Positions 42,921-42,956 of a DNA stretch of 42,956 bases are shown here, piece by piece. Position 1 is the stretch's first letter, and each line of letters begins with the position of its first letter. A model generated the notes under the pieces. The model worked only from the letters and a program-made list of their open reading frames with translations, had not been told where the DNA came from and made no database searches. Source of the stretch: a virus (lineage: Duplodnaviria; Heunggongvirae; Uroviricota; Caudoviricetes); IMG/VR virus record IMGVR_UViG_2721755643_000001, one strand, 5' to 3'. The position numbers were made by a program, and so were the translations under genes.

Positions 42921-42956
42921 CCGGAGTCAGTCCGGTCTGTGGTTTATGCGATGTGA

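Noticed and set aside
42061-42956. Invertible tail-fiber segment with DNA invertase (Gin/Pin-type)
   Set aside because: No recombinase gene, no inverted alternative fiber or Tfa reading frame on the minus strand, and no paired crossover-site repeats were found in the window.

Overview
This window is almost entirely one lambdoid prophage (about 40.5 kb, running past the right edge), inserted downstream of two host genes that I tentatively read as yfaA and a 3'-altered yfaT. All calls rest on reading the sequence and the ORF track by eye; no homology search or RNA-folding program was run, so family names are recollection-based and hand-derived coordinates may be off by 1-3 nt. Left to right: an AT-rich att region; lambda-type int and xis; a leftward early operon (RecA/Sak4-like ATPase, a 646-aa acidic protein, small unknowns, a Rha-type regulator); a HigB/HigA-like toxin-antitoxin pair sitting between an OL-like operator and the repressor; a divergent repressor/Cro-like switch plus a cII/YdaT-like gene; an opposite-strand membrane-protein gene; an O-like initiator with two in-gene iteron clusters and a lambda P-like loader; a nin-like block of small genes including a Hok-family toxin; a Q-like antiterminator; a tRNA array; a phage-21-type lysis cassette; and a head module followed by a contractile-tail module ending in tail fiber and fiber-assembly genes. 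No single feature can be shown from sequence alone to be an undescribed system. The best candidates are the unannotatable early-left cluster (4065-8058), the opposite-strand membrane protein in the immunity/replication junction (11719-12144), and the two toxin-antitoxin loci. No CRISPR array, reverse transcriptase or right-hand att site was found in the window.
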